Shown: positions 36,400 to 46,144 of the stretch, piece by piece
Layout: each line of letters opens with the position of its first letter
Numbering within the stretch: position 1 is the stretch's first letter
Assembly (NCBI GenBank): GCA_012840345.1
Contig: DULO01000031.1
Span: 26,421 to 90,420, forward strand
Length of the DNA: 64,000 bases
Source: Candidatus Fermentithermobacillaceae bacterium
GTDB taxonomy: Bacteria > Bacillota > Sulfobacillia > Fermentithermobacillales > Fermentithermobacillaceae
Direction of reading: 5' to 3'
Program-made: the position numbers and the translations under genes
The notes under the pieces: model-generated
Seen by the model: only the letters and a program-made list of their open reading frames with translations
Told to the model about the DNA's origin: nothing
Database searches by the model: none

Positions 36400-37734
36400 C
36401 TACGACAGCCCCAATGACTTCGCTTTCTCGTCAATAGCGTCTTGAAGCGTAGGCCGGCCGATCTCCTGAAGTTCGTAGCGGACCCTGGTCCAGGGTTTGT
36501 CTATTTTGGCTATCCTGCTCAAGTCTATGGGCGTGGCCACTACTACCCCATCGCAAGGCGTCTTCCGGATCGTCTCTTCCAGGTCCCTCACTTGCCCCTC
36601 TCCGTATCCCATAGCAGGCAGCAAAGTGCCGATCCTGGGATAAGTCCGGTATGTTTCCAAGATGCTCTTTACGGCGTACTCCCTGGGATCCACCAGTGAT
36701 TCCGCTCTGTAACGTTTGGCGGCGACCACACCCGCGCCAAAGGTCATCTCCCCGTGGGTAAGCGTTGGCCCGTCCTCAATGACCAGCACTTTCTTTCCTC
36801 TGATAACCTCGGGGTTATCCACGAAAATGGGCGAAGCGGCTTCTACCACGATGGCGTCGGGATTAAGGGAATCGATGCTTTCCCTGACTCTCTCCACCCC
36901 GTCGGGCGACGCGGTGTCGACCTTGTTTATTACGATGATGTCAGCCATGCGCAGGTTAGTCTCGCCCGGATGGTAACGCTCCTCGTGTCCCGGGCGGTGA
37001 GGATCGACCAGTACGATGTGAATGTCGGGACGGTAGAACGGTATGTCGTTGTTGCCGCCGTCCCACAAGATGATATCGGACTCAGCTTCCACTCCCCGGA
37101 GTATCCGCTCGTAGTCGACTCCCGCCCATACGACCAGCCCCCGGTCAACTATGGGTTCGTACTCCTCTCGTTCCTCGATGGTGCACTTGTGGATGTCCAT
37201 GTCTTCATAGGTGGCGAATCTCTCCGCGGCTTGAGCCAGAAGGTCCCCGTAAGGCATAGGATGGCGGACGACCCCCACCTTACGGTTCTTGGAGACCAGG
37301 ATATCGGCGACCCTCCGGGTGGTCTGGCTTTTGCCAACACCGGTTCTCACGGCGGTCACCGCGATGACCGGCTTAGTCGACTTCAGCATGGTAGTCTTCG
37401 GGCCCATGATGCGGAAGTCGGCGCCGGCTGCCGCGCACATTGAAGCCTTGTGCATCACGTACTCGTGGGGTACGTCGCTGTACGCGAAGACTACCTCGTC
37501 AACATCATGGGAAGCGATTAGCCGGGGGAGGTCCGCTTCCGGGTAAATGGGAATGCCGTCCTCGTAACCGGGACCCGCCAGTTCCGGAGGGTACCTGCGC
37601 CCCGCTATGTCCGGGATTTGGGCCGCCGTGAAAAACAACACCCTGTAGTCAGGGTTCCCGCGGAAATACACGTTGAAGTTGTGGAAGTCCCTGCCTGCCG
37701 CCCCCATGATCGCGACCTTTTTGGGGTTCCCCAC
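36400..37734 (-). CDS. cDPG-synthetase-like P-loop protein, probable arginine synthetase (ArcE) family
   Basis: MGAAGRDFHNFN, AVRTGVGKSQT, RHPMPYGDL, CTIEEREEYE, WDGGNND, EDGPTLTHG, LPAMGY. Confidence 0.8.
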   Translation of the reverse strand: MGNPKKVAIMGAAGRDFHNFNVYFRGNPDYRVLFFTAAQIPDIAGRRYPPELAGPGYEDGIPIYPEADLPRLIASHDVDEVVFAYSDVPHEYVMHKASMCAAAGADFRIMGPKTTMLKSTKPVIAVTAVRTGVGKSQTTRRVADILVSKNRKVGVVRHPMPYGDLLAQAAERFATYEDMDIHKCTIEEREEYEPIVDRGLVVWAGVDYERILRGVEAESDIILWDGGNNDIPFYRPDIHIVLVDPHRPGHEERYHPGETNLRMADIIVINKVDTASPDGVERVRESIDSLNPDAIVVEAASPIFVDNPEVIRGKKVLVIEDGPTLTHGEMTFGAGVVAAKRYRAESLVDPREYAVKSILETYRTYPRIGTLLPAMGYGEGQVRDLEETIRKTPCDGVVVATPIDLSRIAKIDKPWTRVRYELQEIGRPTLQDAIDEKAKSLGLS

Positions 37735-37759
37735 TTTTCATTCCTCCTTGAAATCGGCT

Positions 37760-39748
37760 CTAACTGACCGCCCTCGTCTCTTCTGTCCTCGGGGTCTTGA
37801 CCCAGGCCTTGGGTTCTTTCCCCATAGACTTCAACACCAGCGCGCTGGTATATGGCACAGGGAACATGAACGCCGCCAAAGGCAAAAGGAACAATCCCAT
37901 GTAGACACAGAACCTGCCCAACCAGGAGTTGGGACAGCAGCTGTTGTCAAGATGAGCGCTGTACCTGCGAAACGCGTAGAAAGTGAACCCGAGATAGATG
38001 GCGGAAAACCCGCTCAGCATCCACTGTCCCGCCGCCGGCACAAGAGTGGCGTCCATAAGGTCCTGGTGGTGCAACACCATGGCTATTGGCGGCACAAAGG
38101 TGGCCAGTTGGTACAGGACCCACTCCAGCTGGCCCTTGATAATGAGACTCAGGCGCAGCCGTCGTTGGGCTGATCTCTCCACATCCTTATAGGTTAGGAC
38201 CTTGTCGACCACCTGAAGATGTCCGGTGCCCCACCTAAGCCTCTGGCGAAAGAAGGCTTTAAAAGTCGGAGGTGTCTGCTCTGATGACGAATAAGGAAGG
38301 TATTCGGGCCAGGCTCCTCTCAAGAGATAAGCTCTCGTCCCGAACTCAAGGTCTTCTGTGAGTACGTGACAGTCCCACCCTCCTACCTCTCTTAAGAGGT
38401 CGTGAGCTATGAAGACGTTGGTCCCGCCGACAAAAGGCAAGGTGCGGAACAGCCAAGGAAGGTACCAATCGTGGGCGACGGCCTGATACAGGGCGGCAAT
38501 GCGGCAGAAGGGCGTCATCTGGTAGAAGTTCCTTACCTGGAACACGGGGCCTTGCAAGACTCTTGACTTCTCGGGGTCCATCATTCTCCTGTAGCCCACA
38601 TATAGAAGGACATCCTTATGAGGCCTGCTCTCCGCGTCGTAGAACCCGACGACTTCGGTCCTGGGGTCCAGGTAGTTGATTCCCCAGTTCAAAGCCCTAC
38701 CCTTGGTGGACGGTACCGGTCTTCCCGTCTTTTTTCCGTTGAGAGCGCCGTCAAAGTCGTAGGGCACGACCACGTGCCTCACGGCCGGAACGCCTGGTTT
38801 TTGGGCGGCTTCCGAGGCGACTCTGTCCACCACTTCTTGGGTGGTAGGGTATAGATCCAAGAGAGCGTGGCGTATCTTATCCCGTATTTCGCCCGTCCTA
38901 GACGCCTTGCGGACGGCTTGGCACACCCGTTTGGCTATCAAGTCGGTCATCCGCCGGATGATGTCTTGAGTCAGGTCATGGTTCGCCTTGATTGTGTGCT
39001 GAATGGTCCTCCTTAAGATCTTCCGGCTCGATTCGTCGCAGATCTCGGAGTACGCCGCTATGACCGGCACGGCTACCGCCAAGCAAGCGGGATACAGCCT
39101 CTCGATGTCCAGTTCGGAAAGCCACGGACAAGTCTTTTTCAGTATGCCCTTGAGCCTCCCCGCCTGAGGGGCCCCGTGAGAAGCGAGTATGGCGATGCTG
39201 ATGCCTCTCACCACGGCGTGGCGTTCGAGCCCGGGAAGCAGATAGAGCTCGGACGCTCCCGACGGGTAGTCTTTTTGAAAGCCTTTGGACAGGTATTCCC
39301 TCAACGCGTACTCGGAGAGGCAGGATACTATAACGGCCCGGAGTTCCACCTCGTGTCTTGACCGGACTCCTTCCCTTTCCCCCGACAAGATCTCCACGGC
39401 CAAAGCCTCCAAGGCTTTACGGTCTTCTTGAGCCGCCAGGATCTCTTTTTCGTCGGTCACCACCATGACTTCGTAACGGCCTTGCGGGTACCGCAAGGAA
39501 AGCAAATGGTTGATTGTGTTTTCAATGACCAGGGATTCGTTTCGGGCCGGGACCATGATGCTGATAAAAGGAACGGGCCTACCCAGTGAAGCCGCCGTCT
39601 CTTCTATGAAGGCGGGCTTTAGAGTCGGCTTCCTATTCCAGTACTTTCGTTCGCTGTAGTGCTTCCAGACCAGAAACCTGGCAAATAACAAAAAGAACAC
39701 AAGATAAACCGCGTACGCGACGAGGTACAGAGTCTGGGCGGGCGTCAT
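37760..39748 (-). CDS. processive GT2 glycosyltransferase with large insertion
   Basis: VPARNE, VVTDE, KGRALN, YDAES, GGTN, LTEDLE, RQRLRW; N- and C-terminal TMs. Confidence 0.88.
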   Translation of the reverse strand: MTPAQTLYLVAYAVYLVFFLLFARFLVWKHYSERKYWNRKPTLKPAFIEETAASLGRPVPFISIMVPARNESLVIENTINHLLSLRYPQGRYEVMVVTDEKEILAAQEDRKALEALAVEILSGEREGVRSRHEVELRAVIVSCLSEYALREYLSKGFQKDYPSGASELYLLPGLERHAVVRGISIAILASHGAPQAGRLKGILKKTCPWLSELDIERLYPACLAVAVPVIAAYSEICDESSRKILRRTIQHTIKANHDLTQDIIRRMTDLIAKRVCQAVRKASRTGEIRDKIRHALLDLYPTTQEVVDRVASEAAQKPGVPAVRHVVVPYDFDGALNGKKTGRPVPSTKGRALNWGINYLDPRTEVVGFYDAESRPHKDVLLYVGYRRMMDPEKSRVLQGPVFQVRNFYQMTPFCRIAALYQAVAHDWYLPWLFRTLPFVGGTNVFIAHDLLREVGGWDCHVLTEDLEFGTRAYLLRGAWPEYLPYSSSEQTPPTFKAFFRQRLRWGTGHLQVVDKVLTYKDVERSAQRRLRLSLIIKGQLEWVLYQLATFVPPIAMVLHHQDLMDATLVPAAGQWMLSGFSAIYLGFTFYAFRRYSAHLDNSCCPNSWLGRFCVYMGLFLLPLAAFMFPVPYTSALVLKSMGKEPKAWVKTPRTEETRAVS

Positions 39749-39842
39749 GATGTCGGCTTCCACTCCCTTGTCGGTTAACGCTTTCTGTGCCCAACCAGTA
39801 TTGTTGCGCTTGCCGGATGGGGCTATGCGCCAGCGTAACCTC

Positions 39843-39880
39843 AAAAGGAAAGCGGTCCCTGTTCGGGACCGCTCCCAAAA
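39843..39880 (-). terminator. intrinsic terminator
   Basis: Minus strand gagcggtccc-gaaca-gggaccgct followed by TTCCTTTT. Confidence 0.7.
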
Positions 39881-39916
39881 GCCCTCTCAATATCCTTTCT
39901 GGAAGCCTACCGCCTC

Positions 39917-41239
39917 TTAGAGGACGCCTCCCACCGCTTCTATGGCTTCTTTGAGCGTAGGAGTCCCCACCTCTTGAAGTTCATACCGCACGCGCATTGA
40001 CGGCTTGTCGATCTTCATGATCCGCCGCAAGTCTATTGGGGTTGCCACAAGCACTAGGTCACACGGGGTGCGCGCCACCGTCTCTTCCAGTTCCGACACC
40101 TGTTTGGGTGAGTACCCCATTGCCGGAAGCACGGGTCCCAGGTGGCTGTACTTCTCGAAAGTGCGGGCAATGCTGCCTACGCTGTACGGCCGCGGGTCAA
40201 CCAGTTCCAGCGCTCCCCACTTCCGCGCTGCCATAACGCCGGCCCCGTAAGCCATCTCGCCGTGGGTGAGAGTCGGGCCGTCTTCTATGACCAGCACCCG
40301 CTTGCCTGTGATTTCCTGTCCCCTCTCAGGGAACACGGGGGAAGCGGCTTCGACTATTATGGCCTTGGGATTAAGTTTCCTGACGTTGTCCCTGACCGCG
40401 TCCACATTGGCCTTGTCCGCCGTGTCTATCTTGTTGATCACCACTATGTCGGCCATGCGAAGGTTGGTCTCACCGGGATGGTACGAAACCTCGTGCCCGG
40501 GCCTGTGCGGGTCAACCAACACTATGTGACAGTCTGACTTATAGAACGGGATGTCGTTGTTGCCGCCATCCCAGAGGATCACCTGGGATTCTTCCTCCGC
40601 ACGCTTTAGTATTTCGCCGTAGTCAACCCCGGCGTACACAATAATCCCGCGGTCGATGTGGGGTTCGTATTCTTCCCGCTCTTCGATGGTGCACTCGTGA
40701 AGATCCAGGTCCGCGTAGGTTTCGAACCGCTGGCAAGCCTGCTTAGCCAAGTCTCCGTAGGGCATTGGGTGGCGAATAGCGGCCACTTTTTTCCCTGAAG
40801 CGCGCAGGAGCTCCGCGACTTTCCTGGTGGTCTGGCTCTTACCCACGCCCGTTCGCACGGCGCAGACCGAAATCACCGGGTTCCTCGATTTTATGGCGGT
40901 CGCGTTGTACCCGATGAGTTTGAAATCGGCTCCCGCGGAAAGAACTATGGACGCTTTGTGCATAACGTCCACGTGGCTTATGTCGCTGTAGGAAAAGACA
41001 ACTTCATCGACCTTGTGCTTTACTATGAGGTCCGGCAGTTCTTCCTCCGGGTAAATGGGGATGCCGTCTGGGTACCGCTCTCCCGCCAATTCGGGAGGAT
41101 AGCGCCTTCCCTCAATGTTAGGTATTTGCGTGGCGGTGAAGCAGACGACTTCGCTTTGGGGATCGTTCCTGTAAACCGTGTTGAAGTTGTGGAAATCCCT
41201 GCCCGCTGCCCCCATAATGATGACCTTCTTGGCACACAT
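39917..41239 (-). CDS. second cDPG-synthetase-like / ArcE-family P-loop protein
   Basis: Same motif set as 36400-37734; ATG 41239 after GGAGGAGG. Confidence 0.8.
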   Translation of the reverse strand: MCAKKVIIMGAAGRDFHNFNTVYRNDPQSEVVCFTATQIPNIEGRRYPPELAGERYPDGIPIYPEEELPDLIVKHKVDEVVFSYSDISHVDVMHKASIVLSAGADFKLIGYNATAIKSRNPVISVCAVRTGVGKSQTTRKVAELLRASGKKVAAIRHPMPYGDLAKQACQRFETYADLDLHECTIEEREEYEPHIDRGIIVYAGVDYGEILKRAEEESQVILWDGGNNDIPFYKSDCHIVLVDPHRPGHEVSYHPGETNLRMADIVVINKIDTADKANVDAVRDNVRKLNPKAIIVEAASPVFPERGQEITGKRVLVIEDGPTLTHGEMAYGAGVMAARKWGALELVDPRPYSVGSIARTFEKYSHLGPVLPAMGYSPKQVSELEETVARTPCDLVLVATPIDLRRIMKIDKPSMRVRYELQEVGTPTLKEAIEAVGGVL

Positions 41240-41277
41240 GAGAAACGCTCCTCCTCCGGTTATACTGGTCTTTTCTC

Positions 41278-42309
41278 CTATCGCGCCCAAACCTCTCCCA
41301 CTATTTCAAGAGGTCTCCGGCACTTGGGACACGCCTTACCGTCCAGGTAAGATGCTTCCAGCTCCATTCCTCCCCGTTCCAGCAAGAGTTCTCCGCATTT
41401 CGGGCACCTCGTGTCCGCGTAACCTGTTTTCCAAGCGTTGCCTATGTAAACATAGTGAAGGTTTCTAAGAGCCACTTCCCTAAGCCTCTCCAAAGTCTCC
41501 GTGGGCGTCACCTGCTCTCGCGACTTGTAGGCGGGAAAGTATCTAGATAGGTGCAAGGGTATGGCGGGGCTCAGGGAACCAAGCCAGCCGGACAGGCCCT
41601 CCATGTCTTCGTCTCTATCGTTCTGGCCGGGTATGACCAGACACGTTACCTCCACCCAAGCACCGTACCTGACGGCGCGTTCCACGGTCTTCTTCACGGG
41701 CTCTAAGCGGCCTCCCGCCAGATCGCGGTAGAAATCCTCATCCCAAGCCTTCACGTCTATGTTGAAGGCGCCTACAAGCGGCAGGACCTCTTCCAGAGCC
41801 TTTGGGGAAATGAACCCGTTGGTTACCATGACGTTCAGAAGCCCCTGTTCGTTTGCCAAACGGGCGGAATCAAGAACAAACTCCAGCCCAACCGTGGGTT
41901 CGTTGTAGGTGTAGGCTATCCCCACCACCCGCCGGTCCGCCTGCCTCCTTTGGGACGCGCAAAGCACGATTTCCTCAGGCTCAAACACCTCACAGTAAGG
42001 CCGGGCCTGGGATATCTGCCAGTTTTGACAAAACTCGCACCGGAAGTTGCACCCGAAAGACCCTACCGATAGCAGCATCCCCCCGGGATGGACGTGAAAG
42101 AGGGGTTTTTTCTCTACCGGGTCTAAGGCCAGCGACGTAACCGCCCCGTAATTCCGGCTTACCAGCTTCCCGTCCAGGTTTTGCCTGACCCTGCAAATGC
42201 CGTACTTGCCGGGCGGGATTACGCAGCCGTGGGGGCAAAGCTCGCAGGCCACCTTGCCTCCCTCTTGGCTCCGGTAAAACCTGGCCTCAGTCGACGGCAA
42301 GCTATCCAT
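41278..42309 (-). CDS. amrS: AmmeMemoRadiSam system radical SAM enzyme
   Basis: CELCPHGC..G.CRVR, DPVEKKPLFH, GCNFRCEFCQNWQISQ, YTYNEP, YVYIGN, C-terminal CPKC pairs. Confidence 0.92.
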   Translation of the reverse strand: MDSLPSTEARFYRSQEGGKVACELCPHGCVIPPGKYGICRVRQNLDGKLVSRNYGAVTSLALDPVEKKPLFHVHPGGMLLSVGSFGCNFRCEFCQNWQISQARPYCEVFEPEEIVLCASQRRQADRRVVGIAYTYNEPTVGLEFVLDSARLANEQGLLNVMVTNGFISPKALEEVLPLVGAFNIDVKAWDEDFYRDLAGGRLEPVKKTVERAVRYGAWVEVTCLVIPGQNDRDEDMEGLSGWLGSLSPAIPLHLSRYFPAYKSREQVTPTETLERLREVALRNLHYVYIGNAWKTGYADTRCPKCGELLLERGGMELEASYLDGKACPKCRRPLEIVGEVWAR

Positions 42310-42322
42310 GGCGCAACGCCTC

Positions 42323-43735
42323 TCAATGGTATCTGGTTACTTTGAAACGATACAGCCTTACGTCCTTCTCCCTCTCACCTATGCCGGCCTTGCGCTTGGC
42401 GATGGAGACTTGTTCCTCCACCGTGTTGACGCCTGGCAAGTCGGGCAGCAGCAGGCCTCTGCGCCGTCCCTTTTCACAGATAACCCCATATACCTTAGGG
42501 TCAAGGTCCGAGAGAGACTCGACGGGCTCGGAAGGCGAAAGAACGTCCACAGAGTAGTCCAGGTAGTCCAACTCGGAAGAGTCTACCGGTTCGAACCTCG
42601 GGTCCCTCGCGGCCGCGCTGACGGCGTTGGATATGATCTCCGCCGCCAAGCTGGACGTGGTGGCCTCCGTGGTCCCAATGCACCCTCGAAGGTCTCCCTC
42701 TTTATGGATGGATACGAAGACCCCGCCCCGCTCCAGGAACTCAGCGGGCACATCCTTGGGAACTCCTATGATCCTGCCCGTCTTTACGTACTCCTCCACC
42801 GCCTTTCTCGCCAGGGAGACGGGATAGGACTCGCCGCTCCGGATGGAGTTCATACGTTCCTGGCGCTTGCGGTTGATCTCATCCAAACGGGGGGCCTTGA
42901 GTTCTCCCTTTGGAGTAAACAGGGCCACCGAGTACCCTACCCCGAAAGGTCCTTCGTAAGACAGGACCTGGGACGAAACCTCCACGCGGTCCAAGATGCC
43001 CAGCATGAGGGCGATGGGCCTGAGCCCGCATTCGCCCGCCTCTTCTATCAGGTCTTTGGGCAGCGTCAGTATCTTGGAAGGCTCGAAGTCTCTTAGCAGG
43101 TTTATCAGTTCCCGGTCGAAGACCTCGCCCTTGGGGCTGTACCCCGCGGGAGCATCACGAGTAAGCCTGTGGGACAGATCGCCTGAGCACAACACGGCCA
43201 CCCGGCGTCCCAAGCTCCGGCATGCCCGCTCCACGGCTATGCCCGCTCTGTAAAGGTCCAGAAGGGAAAGGAACCCGATGTTGAGCACTACCATACGCCC
43301 GGCAAAGCCCTTTCGCGCAAGGAAACTCACGGGCACGACGACCCCGTGGTCGAGACGGTCGCCTATCATGTACCGGGAGCGTGTATTCCTGTCCAACAGG
43401 ACGGCCGGGGTGCTAGGGTCTTTGGAGAGCTCCCGAACTAACGCGGAAGCCAGGTCGGAGTCGTTTAGGTAGCGTACGCGGACTTCGGGGGCTCCGAACC
43501 CCGACAGGTCCCCGATAAGCTCCGCTTCATCCCTCACCGACAGGGCATCTCTGAATACCGGGCCGTGGGGGGTGATGACCAACAGGGTTTCAGGTCCGGC
43601 GTCTATGAAGGCGGAAGCGAGCCGGTCCATTGCCCGTCGCGTAGCCAGAACCTTTCTCTCTTCGCCGCGCCCCACCTCGGGGAGCAATATCGCCGGATGC
43701 GGGGCCAGTCCGCACAAGACCACGCTTGTCGTCAC
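42323..43735 (-). CDS. amrA: fused Memo/LigB (AmrB-like) and AMMECR1 (AmrA) protein
   Basis: PHP, TPHG, DHG, SGDLSH, GECG, YEGPFGVGY; then GVFVSI..LRGCIGT, AAARDPRF, GLLLPDL. Confidence 0.88.
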   Translation of the reverse strand: MTTSVVLCGLAPHPAILLPEVGRGEERKVLATRRAMDRLASAFIDAGPETLLVITPHGPVFRDALSVRDEAELIGDLSGFGAPEVRVRYLNDSDLASALVRELSKDPSTPAVLLDRNTRSRYMIGDRLDHGVVVPVSFLARKGFAGRMVVLNIGFLSLLDLYRAGIAVERACRSLGRRVAVLCSGDLSHRLTRDAPAGYSPKGEVFDRELINLLRDFEPSKILTLPKDLIEEAGECGLRPIALMLGILDRVEVSSQVLSYEGPFGVGYSVALFTPKGELKAPRLDEINRKRQERMNSIRSGESYPVSLARKAVEEYVKTGRIIGVPKDVPAEFLERGGVFVSIHKEGDLRGCIGTTEATTSSLAAEIISNAVSAAARDPRFEPVDSSELDYLDYSVDVLSPSEPVESLSDLDPKVYGVICEKGRRRGLLLPDLPGVNTVEEQVSIAKRKAGIGEREKDVRLYRFKVTRYH

Positions 43736-43736
43736 G

Positions 43737-44801
43737 TCAGCGCACCACCTTTTCCACAAATGGAGACGTCGCCGCCTGCAAAAGGGAACTGTAAGCGGGG
43801 ATGAACCGCAGCATTGAGCCAACCTTCACATCCCCCGCGTCCTGAACGTCCAAAATGAGATGGTCTGAAGACGCTCCTAATACCTGCACTCCCGGTTCCA
43901 GAGGGGTCAGCCCGTCAGGATCTATGTCCTGCCGTCCCGCGGCACAGATGGCTCTCTTGCGGATTCCCCGGTCTGGAAAAGTAACCACGAGACCGAAAGC
44001 GTTTTGCCCGACCTGTCCTTCCGGTTTTGAGGGCTTGGTTTGGACTTCTATGACTTCCGCGACTATGGTAAAGGCGTCTGGGTAACACCCGGGGACAGGA
44101 GACCTATGGACCGCTTCCGTCCCCAAAAGCACGCTTTCGCCTATGCGGAGTTCGGTTATCCCCGCGGGCATCTCCTTGTTCATCACCAGGGGCATGTTGG
44201 CCGAATTGCCGCCTGACACGGTTTCCAGCTTTAGTCCTAGGCTCGACTCGATATCGTCCCTTACTTTGAGCAATGCCTCCATCTTCTCCCGGGTCGGGAT
44301 TACCCCGCCGTAGCAAGCCAGGTTCACCCCGATACCCGCCAGCTTCACGCCGTCTTCTGAGCTCATGGCTTTGGCGGTTTCCACTGCCTTGTGGACGGGA
44401 ACTCCCTCCCGGAGGTCTCCCAGGTCCACCATGAGTACCACCTTGTGGGTCCTGTTTGCCTTCCTCGCCGCCTTGGCCAGCATCCTGACGACTTCCACTT
44501 CAGAGTTTAGGCTCACGTCGGCGACCGCTACCGCTTCGTCCACTCGGCTGGGCGCCGGGGACCTCAGGAGCACCGTTTCCCCCGCGTATCCGCCCTCTCT
44601 TGCCCTGGCGAGGTTCTCAACCCGGGAATCAGCTATAGCGGCGGCACCGCCCTCAACCATGGCCTTCACAACCGCGGGGTGACCCAGTACGGACTTGGGA
44701 ACGCCGACCAGCCTCATGCCCAACTCGCCCAGCATAGACGACACCACGCGGGTGTTGTGCCTGATTTTGGCCGTGTCGATAACCAATGCAGGTAGCTTCA
44801 T
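43737..44801 (-). CDS. orr: PLP-dependent ornithine/alanine racemase family protein (Orr-like)
   Basis: VGVPKS, ADSRVEN, MVDLGDLREG, NLACYGG, SGGNS, LRIGE, LGASSDH; adjacent to an oraF-like gene. Confidence 0.75.
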   Translation of the reverse strand: MKLPALVIDTAKIRHNTRVVSSMLGELGMRLVGVPKSVLGHPAVVKAMVEGGAAAIADSRVENLARAREGGYAGETVLLRSPAPSRVDEAVAVADVSLNSEVEVVRMLAKAARKANRTHKVVLMVDLGDLREGVPVHKAVETAKAMSSEDGVKLAGIGVNLACYGGVIPTREKMEALLKVRDDIESSLGLKLETVSGGNSANMPLVMNKEMPAGITELRIGESVLLGTEAVHRSPVPGCYPDAFTIVAEVIEVQTKPSKPEGQVGQNAFGLVVTFPDRGIRKRAICAAGRQDIDPDGLTPLEPGVQVLGASSDHLILDVQDAGDVKVGSMLRFIPAYSSLLQAATSPFVEKVVR

Positions 44802-46144
44802 TAGACCAACCCCAGACTTGTCTTTAGAATTGTCATGGCCTCACTCGGCTTTTCTCTGGAAAGCACGCCGCATGCCGCCATGATGTAGTCCTTGTCTATA
44901 AGGATGCGGGCGTCTTTCGGGTAAAGCTCCCTTCCGGCGCCCTGCCCGATCAGTCTCTTCAGTATCTCTTCCCCGCCTGGAAGCCTGGTTAGGGCCCCGC
45001 CTGTTCCGATGATCGTTCCTACGCTAGATAGGTCTTTCCCGCTTGCGACGGCCTGTCTGCCCGACGGCCCGTAAAGATACCGGATTCTGCCGGCGTGCCG
45101 CGAAAACGCGATCTCGCAGGCGGCCTTGGTAAGATACGACACCAAGCGGGATTCACGATCCGAGGGTATCACGCTGAGTTTGTCCAAAAGAGGCTCGGGA
45201 TCAAAGCCAAGCTCAAGAACTGCTCTATCCTTCACTTCTTCATAGACGTTCTTGGCGTTGATGAACACTCCCAAGTCCCCTTCAACGGTCCGTTTGGCCA
45301 AGGGCTCAGGGTTCTCCAGGATGGCCTGGATTTCGGGGCTCCCTTTTGCCACCGAGTGAACGTCGGTCGTGGCGCCGCCCACGTCGAGAGCGCACAAGTC
45401 TCCCAAATCCTCCCACAAGACCTTACACGCTTCCATAACGGCGCCGGGCGTCGGCATTATGGGCCCGTCCACCATTTCCCTGATAGTATCCATCCCCGGG
45501 GCTTTGGTAATGTGCTCCTCAAACGCCGCCTGTATCACCTTTCTGGCGGGCTCCACCACCAGTTCGTCAACTCGCGGAAATACGTTTTCAACAAAGTACA
45601 CCTTGCCCCCGTGGTCCTTGAGGATGTCCGCCACTTCCTGCCTGGCGGCTATATTGCCGGCGTAGATGATTGGGACATCGGGCAGAACTTCGTGAAGCAC
45701 CCTCGCGTTATGCAAGGCGGTAGATTTCTCGCCGTAATCCACCCCTCCGGCCAAGAGCGCTATCTTGGGCTTCACCTTCTGAAGACGCAGAGCGTCGGAC
45801 GAGGTCATCTCGCCGGCGGTTATGAATCTAATCACCGCTCCCGCTCCCAACGCCGCTTCCTTGGCGGCCCTGACGGTCATGTCGTATACCAGGCCGTGGA
45901 CGCTCATGGAAAGCCCTCCGGCCGCGCTGGAAACCGCCATCATGCGGTCGTAGTCCAGCGAACCGGCGCCAAGGGACTCCTTTAGCCGGTCCAAAGCCTT
46001 GCGCAGCCCTAGAGTGACGTCTCCTTGGGCGACAGTGGTCTCCGACACCCCCTGCCCAAGAAACCGCGGGTCTTTCGAAAGGTCAAAAGCGTTCACTACT
46101 GTGGTTGTGCTGCCGATCTCGGCGACCAATGCATGGACTTTCAT
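44801..46144 (-). CDS. GlmL-related ornithine aminomutase reactivating factor (OraF/Or-4-like)
   Basis: MKVHALVAEIGSTTT, SSAAGGL..SVHGLVYDMT, AGGVDYGE, DVGGATTDVHS, KRTVEGDLG, IGTGGAL; short form lacking the C-terminal domain. Confidence 0.85.
   Translation of the reverse strand: MKVHALVAEIGSTTTVVNAFDLSKDPRFLGQGVSETTVAQGDVTLGLRKALDRLKESLGAGSLDYDRMMAVSSAAGGLSMSVHGLVYDMTVRAAKEAALGAGAVIRFITAGEMTSSDALRLQKVKPKIALLAGGVDYGEKSTALHNARVLHEVLPDVPIIYAGNIAARQEVADILKDHGGKVYFVENVFPRVDELVVEPARKVIQAAFEEHITKAPGMDTIREMVDGPIMPTPGAVMEACKVLWEDLGDLCALDVGGATTDVHSVAKGSPEIQAILENPEPLAKRTVEGDLGVFINAKNVYEEVKDRAVLELGFDPEPLLDKLSVIPSDRESRLVSYLTKAACEIAFSRHAGRIRYLYGPSGRQAVASGKDLSSVGTIIGTGGALTRLPGGEEILKRLIGQGAGRELYPKDARILIDKDYIMAACGVLSREKPSEAMTILKTSLGLV

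Noticed and set aside
36400-41239. The two ArcE-like genes as an assembly duplication
   Set aside because: They differ at many amino-acid and synonymous positions and have different flanks, so they are true paralogs.
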